From positions 1,054,001-1,118,000 of the forward strand of contig NC_000964.3 in assembly GCF_000009045.1 (NCBI RefSeq): a stretch of DNA of 64,000 bases, written 5' to 3'. Below the pieces are notes generated by a model. That model worked only from the letters and a program-made list of their open reading frames with translations, ran no database searches and was not told where the DNA came from. A program made the translations under genes and the position numbers. The stretch is from Bacillus subtilis subsp. subtilis str. 168. Lineage in GTDB: Bacteria; Bacillota; Bacilli; Bacillales; Bacillaceae. Below are positions 60,057 to 64,000 of the stretch, in pieces (positions within the stretch are counted from its first letter, which is position 1; each line of letters starts with the position of its first letter).

Positions 60057-61586
60057 TTAATCGAGATCTATTTGTTTTAATGGTTTAATGGCCGGACCCT
60101 CTACAACTTCGCCAGATGGCTTAAAGCGTGATCCGTGGCACGGACAATCCCACGTATGCTCACTGTCGTTCCACTCGACCTCGCAGCCTAAATGGGTACA
60201 AGTCGTATCAACGAGATGGAGGCAGCCTGTCTCATCACGAAATGCTCCCGCTCGCCTGCCGTTTATGGTGACGGCTTTCCCTTCTCCTGGCGAAATGTCT
60301 TCAAATTGGACATCAGGCTTTTCAAGCTTTCCTTTTATCAAATGCTTGGCGACATCTGCATTGTAGGAAATCACTTTCTGCAACCCGGGATTCAGATGGA
60401 AACGGGACGGCGTGAAAATGCTTTCGTATGGGTTTTCTTTTTTCTCCACAAGGTCTGACAATAAAGTGGCTGCGACTGCTGAGGACGTCATGCCCCATTT
60501 TTTGAACCCGGTCGCTACTAGAATATTGTCCTCATTTTCCGACATCGGCCCGATAAACGGGATTTTGTCGATCGTCACTAGATCTTGGGTGGACCAATAA
60601 TATGGAATGCTTTCGATGCCGATGGTGCTTTCGGCCAGTTGTCTCAGTGTTTCATAATGTGTAGACATGGCTTTTCCCTGGCCTGTTTTATGGCTTACTC
60701 CGCTGAAGAGAATCAGCTTTTCACCGTTTACAACCGTATAGCGGAGCGCCACTGACGGCTGATCGATACTCAAATACATGCCCTCGGGATACTCGATCTT
60801 CGGCTTGATGGCAAGGACATAAGATCTGTCGGAGTACATTCTCGCAGCATATAATCCGCCTCCGTCATAAAAAGGGAAGTGGGAACAGCATATGATAAAG
60901 CGGCTCTTAATGGCGTGCCGGCTTTTTGTTACCACTTCGGGCCTTTCGCCTTTTTTGATATCAAGCGCAACGGTCTCTTCATAAATTCGGCCGCCTTTTT
61001 GAACAATTTGCTCCAGAAGCGCTTTTAAGTATTGAAGCGGATGAAATTGAGCTTGATTCTTCATGACAAGCGCCAGCTTAGAACCTAAGGGAATTGGAAG
61101 ATCCTTGATAAGGTCTCTTTCAATTCCGAGCTTTGTGTATGCCTCATGCTCGGTGTGGATTTTTTGAACAGCGTTTTCATTTGCCGTATAAAGATATGCG
61201 TCTTGCTCGATCCATTCACAATCAATTTGATGTTCATCCACAATGCCTTTTATGTAATCAATTGCGTTTTGGTTTGCTTCATAATAAAGCCTCGCATGGT
61301 TTAATCCGAAATGGCGGATAAATTCGTCGTATATCATGTCATGCTGTGCGGTAACTTTAGCAGTTGTATGCGCAGTGGTTCCGTTAAGAACCTGATTTGC
61401 TTCAATCAAAACGACACGGAAGCCTCTCTTCGTAAGTTCATATGCCGTTGTGATTCCCGTAATCCCGCCTCCGATAATGGTGACGTCACATTCAGTGTCC
61501 TCTTGAAGCGCAGGAAAAGAAGGCAGGTCAGTTGATGTTTTCCAGTATGTTTCAGGTGCTTCCTTTGCAAAATGTTGATTAGCCAA
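60057..61586 (-). CDS. yhfW: FAD-dependent oxidoreductase fused to a Rieske [2Fe-2S] domain
   Basis: TTG start after GGAGG; IIGGGITG; CTHLGC...CPCHGS. Confidence 0.9.
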   Translation of the reverse strand: MANQHFAKEAPETYWKTSTDLPSFPALQEDTECDVTIIGGGITGITTAYELTKRGFRVVLIEANQVLNGTTAHTTAKVTAQHDMIYDEFIRHFGLNHARLYYEANQNAIDYIKGIVDEHQIDCEWIEQDAYLYTANENAVQKIHTEHEAYTKLGIERDLIKDLPIPLGSKLALVMKNQAQFHPLQYLKALLEQIVQKGGRIYEETVALDIKKGERPEVVTKSRHAIKSRFIICCSHFPFYDGGGLYAARMYSDRSYVLAIKPKIEYPEGMYLSIDQPSVALRYTVVNGEKLILFSGVSHKTGQGKAMSTHYETLRQLAESTIGIESIPYYWSTQDLVTIDKIPFIGPMSENEDNILVATGFKKWGMTSSAVAATLLSDLVEKKENPYESIFTPSRFHLNPGLQKVISYNADVAKHLIKGKLEKPDVQFEDISPGEGKAVTINGRRAGAFRDETGCLHLVDTTCTHLGCEVEWNDSEHTWDCPCHGSRFKPSGEVVEGPAIKPLKQIDLD

Positions 61587-61697
61587 GCCGTTATACCTCC
61601 AATCAGATTTATTCTTAATTTTTCCATATTCTATCTTTTCATACATAGGAAGCAGGCATTGTTCATAACATAATAAGGTTGAAAAGGAGTGATTTCA

Positions 61698-62555
61698 TTG
61701 GCGAATCAAAAAAAGAAAACATTACCGCCTCAGCACCAGAACCAGCAGCCTGGTTTTGAATATCTGATGGACCCGCGTCCGGTTTTTGATAAGCCGAAGA
61801 AAGCGAAAAAATTAGAGGGCAAAACCGCTATTATTACTGGAGGAGACAGCGGGATTGGACGCGCTGTCTCGGTGTTATTCGCAAAAGAAGGGGCTAATGT
61901 GGTCATTGTGTATTTGAATGAACATCAGGACGCCGAGGAAACAAAGCAGTATGTAGAAAAGGAAGGGGTAAAATGCCTGCTGATTGCAGGAGATGTCGGG
62001 GATGAAGCGTTTTGCAATGATGTGGTCGGGCAGGCAAGCCAAGTGTTTCCATCCATTGATATATTGGTTAACAATGCAGCTGAGCAGCATGTCCAGCCCA
62101 GCATTGAAAAAATCACCAGCCACCAGCTGATCAGAACCTTCCAAACAAACATTTTTTCCATGTTTTACTTAACAAAGGCAGTGCTGCCTCATTTAAAAAA
62201 AGGGAGCTCTATTATTAATACCGCTTCAATTACCGCCTATAAAGGCAATAAAACGCTGATCGATTATTCAGCGACAAAAGGCGCGATCGTTACGTTTACA
62301 AGGTCCCTTTCCCAGTCGCTTGTTCAGCAGGGCATACGGGTCAATGCAGTGGCACCGGGTCCCATTTGGACACCGCTTATCCCGGCCAGCTTTGCCGCAA
62401 AAGACGTGGAAGTGTTTGGTTCAGACGTGCCGATGGAACGCCCGGGGCAGCCGGTCGAAGTGGCGCCAAGCTATCTATACCTTGCCAGCGACGATTCCAC
62501 ATACGTCACAGGGCAGACGATTCACGTCAATGGCGGAACAATTGTGAACGGATAA
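61698..62555 (+). CDS. yhxC: Classical SDR oxidoreductase
   Basis: TTG start after AAGGAGTG; [19 protein letters not shown]. Confidence 0.9.
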   Translation: MANQKKKTLPPQHQNQQPGFEYLMDPRPVFDKPKKAKKLEGKTAIITGGDSGIGRAVSVLFAKEGANVVIVYLNEHQDAEETKQYVEKEGVKCLLIAGDVGDEAFCNDVVGQASQVFPSIDILVNNAAEQHVQPSIEKITSHQLIRTFQTNIFSMFYLTKAVLPHLKKGSSIINTASITAYKGNKTLIDYSATKGAIVTFTRSLSQSLVQQGIRVNAVAPGPIWTPLIPASFAAKDVEVFGSDVPMERPGQPVEVAPSYLYLASDDSTYVTGQTIHVNGGTIVNG

Positions 62556-62582
62556 TAAAAAGCCAATCCTTGAAGGATTGGC

Positions 62583-62816
62583 TTATTCGCTCTGCTTGAG
62601 CGCTGCATATTCTTTAGAGAGCGTAAGAAACGCATCTTTATCTTTTTCGTCCAAGGCTTTGTTAATTTGGTCCGTCAGCATGGCAAGCCGACGGTTATAC
62701 AAGGATTCATCGAGCACCATTTGAATGTAAATATCCGTCATTGTGACATCGAATTCTTTTGTTTTTTGCGTGTTGCGGGACTTCATGAGCTCAGTGTACG
62801 ATTTTTTCTCTTTCAT
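62583..62816 (-). CDS. yhzC: IDEAL-domain protein
   Basis: QINKALDEKDKDAFLTLSKEY. Confidence 0.8.
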   Translation of the reverse strand: MKEKKSYTELMKSRNTQKTKEFDVTMTDIYIQMVLDESLYNRRLAMLTDQINKALDEKDKDAFLTLSKEYAALKQSE

Positions 62817-62961
62817 AAAGAATCCCCCCAATGCCTTTTTTATAGTATATGGATAACGGTCGAAAAAATCAATAAATTTTTATAATTTTTAGACAACTAA
62901 TACTTGGCAATCTATCGACATATCCTGCAAAATGCCGTAAACCGGCAAGTCTTATGAAAGT

Positions 62962-63018
62962 AAAATCGGTTTATTACTAGTCATTTAGTACCATTAAATA
63001 TCATTAAAAGATGATTTT
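62962..63018 (+). promoter_or_regulatory. ComK K-box pair of the comK promoter
   Basis: AAAA-TCGGT-TTAT and AAAA-GATGA-TTTT separated by 31 nt (four helical turns start to start). Confidence 0.8.
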
Positions 63019-63108
63019 ATCTTAAATGTTAAAAAAACCTGTCGTTTTACAAAAACAGATGATAGATTATTAGTATAAATTTTGCAGAAAAAGGATGGAG
63101 GCCATAAT

Positions 63109-63687
63109 ATGAGTCAGAAAACAGACGCACCTTTAGAATCGTATGAAGTGAACGGCGCAACAATTGCCGTGCTGCCAGAAGAAATAGACGGCAAAATCTG
63201 TTCCAAAATTATTGAAAAAGATTGCGTGTTTTATGTAAACATGAAGCCGCTGCAAATTGTCGACAGAAGCTGCCGATTTTTTGGATCAAGCTATGCGGGA
63301 AGAAAAGCAGGAACTTATGAAGTGACAAAAATTTCACACAAGCCGCCGATCATGGTGGACCCTTCGAACCAAATCTTTTTATTCCCTACACTTTCTTCGA
63401 CAAGACCCCAATGCGGCTGGATTTCCCATGTGCATGTAAAAGAATTCAAAGCGACTGAATTCGACGATACGGAAGTGACGTTTTCCAATGGGAAAACGAT
63501 GGAGCTGCCGATCTCTTATAATTCGTTCGAGAACCAGGTATACCGAACAGCGTGGCTCAGAACCAAATTCCAAGACAGAATCGACCACCGCGTGCCGAAA
63601 AGACAGGAATTTATGCTGTACCCGAAAGAAGAGCGGACGAAGATGATTTATGATTTTATTTTGCGTGAGCTCGGGGAACGGTATTAG
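63109..63687 (+). CDS. comK: Competence transcription factor ComK
   Basis: GGAGG RBS; MSQKTDAPLESYEVNG...SHKPPI...FPTLSS. Confidence 0.97.
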   Translation: MSQKTDAPLESYEVNGATIAVLPEEIDGKICSKIIEKDCVFYVNMKPLQIVDRSCRFFGSSYAGRKAGTYEVTKISHKPPIMVDPSNQIFLFPTLSSTRPQCGWISHVHVKEFKATEFDDTEVTFSNGKTMELPISYNSFENQVYRTAWLRTKFQDRIDHRVPKRQEFMLYPKEERTKMIYDFILRELGERY

Positions 63688-63695
63688 AAAAATAG

Positions 63696-63727
63696 GAAGG
63701 AGCTGACCGAACAGGGCAGCTCCTTTC
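63696..63727. terminator. Terminator comK/yhxD
   Basis: AAGGAGCTG...CAGCTCCTT hairpin. Confidence 0.7.
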
Positions 63728-63733
63728 ATAAAG

Positions 63734-64000
63734 CTATGCCGTCGGAATTCCTCCGGTGATGCCATATACCTGAGATGTCACATAGCTTGAATTCTCTGAA
63801 GCTAGAAATACATAAACATCGGCCAATTCCACTGGCTGCCCAGCGCGATTTAATGGAGCTGGCGGCGTGCCTTGTCCGAATTTCGGGATGTTTTCCGTCG
63901 GCTGTCCGCCGGAAATTTGCAGCGGTGTCCAAATTGGTCCGGGCGCAACTGAATTTACTCTGATGCCTTTGGAAGCAAGCTGTTTTCCCAGTCCGACGGT
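63734..64000 (-). CDS. yhxD: C-terminal 88 aa of an SDR oxidoreductase (5'-truncated by window edge)
   Basis: My translation: [28 protein letters not shown]...[17 protein letters not shown]...GITGGIPTA-stop; absent from the ORF track. Confidence 0.85.
   Translation of the reverse strand, partial: TVGLGKQLASKGIRVNSVAPGPIWTPLQISGGQPTENIPKFGQGTPPAPLNRAGQPVELADVYVFLASENSSYVTSQVYGITGGIPTA

Noticed and set aside
61698-64000. yhxC and yhxD flanking comK as the arms of a duplication or insertion
   Set aside because: Similarity is limited to generic SDR motifs ([16 protein letters not shown]); opposite orientation and no DNA-level repeat

Overview
A 64-kb stretch of core chromosome that I recognise from memory, not from a database search, as the Bacillus subtilis 168-type region from yheB to comK/yhxD. 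It holds about 67 protein genes. These include the SOS genes yhaZ and yhaO-sbcE-yhaM, khtSTU, prsA, scoC/hpr, trpP, serC, ecsABC, hmoB, pbpF, hemEHY, fabHB, lplJ, lcfB, aprE, bioY-yhfTS, hemAT and comK. There is one recognisable sRNA (RosA) and many readable operators (LexA x2, cre, TRAP, FapR, FadR, Fur, BirA, ComK). I see no rRNA, tRNA, IS, prophage or CRISPR-Cas. The most interesting unexplained signals are these. (1) An orphan minus-strand transcription unit of about 300 nt lies between hit and ecsA, with its own terminator and three 26-nt repeats built around a near-perfect Shine-Dalgarno sequence that has no start codon after it; it is a candidate sponge or decoy RNA. (2) yhgB carries two compensating frameshifts that hide a CPCC Cys-motif segment in the -1 frame. 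(3) A 61-codon two-helix membrane ORF has a strong RBS and a terminator but an ATC start. (4) A LexA-controlled Mre11/Rad50-like plus YhaM module has a membrane hairpin in SbcE where Rad50 has its zinc hook. (5) A repeated candidate TetR operator precedes yhgD and yhgE. (6) Several enzymes have lost canonical catalytic residues (YhaX, YhaJ, YhfS).
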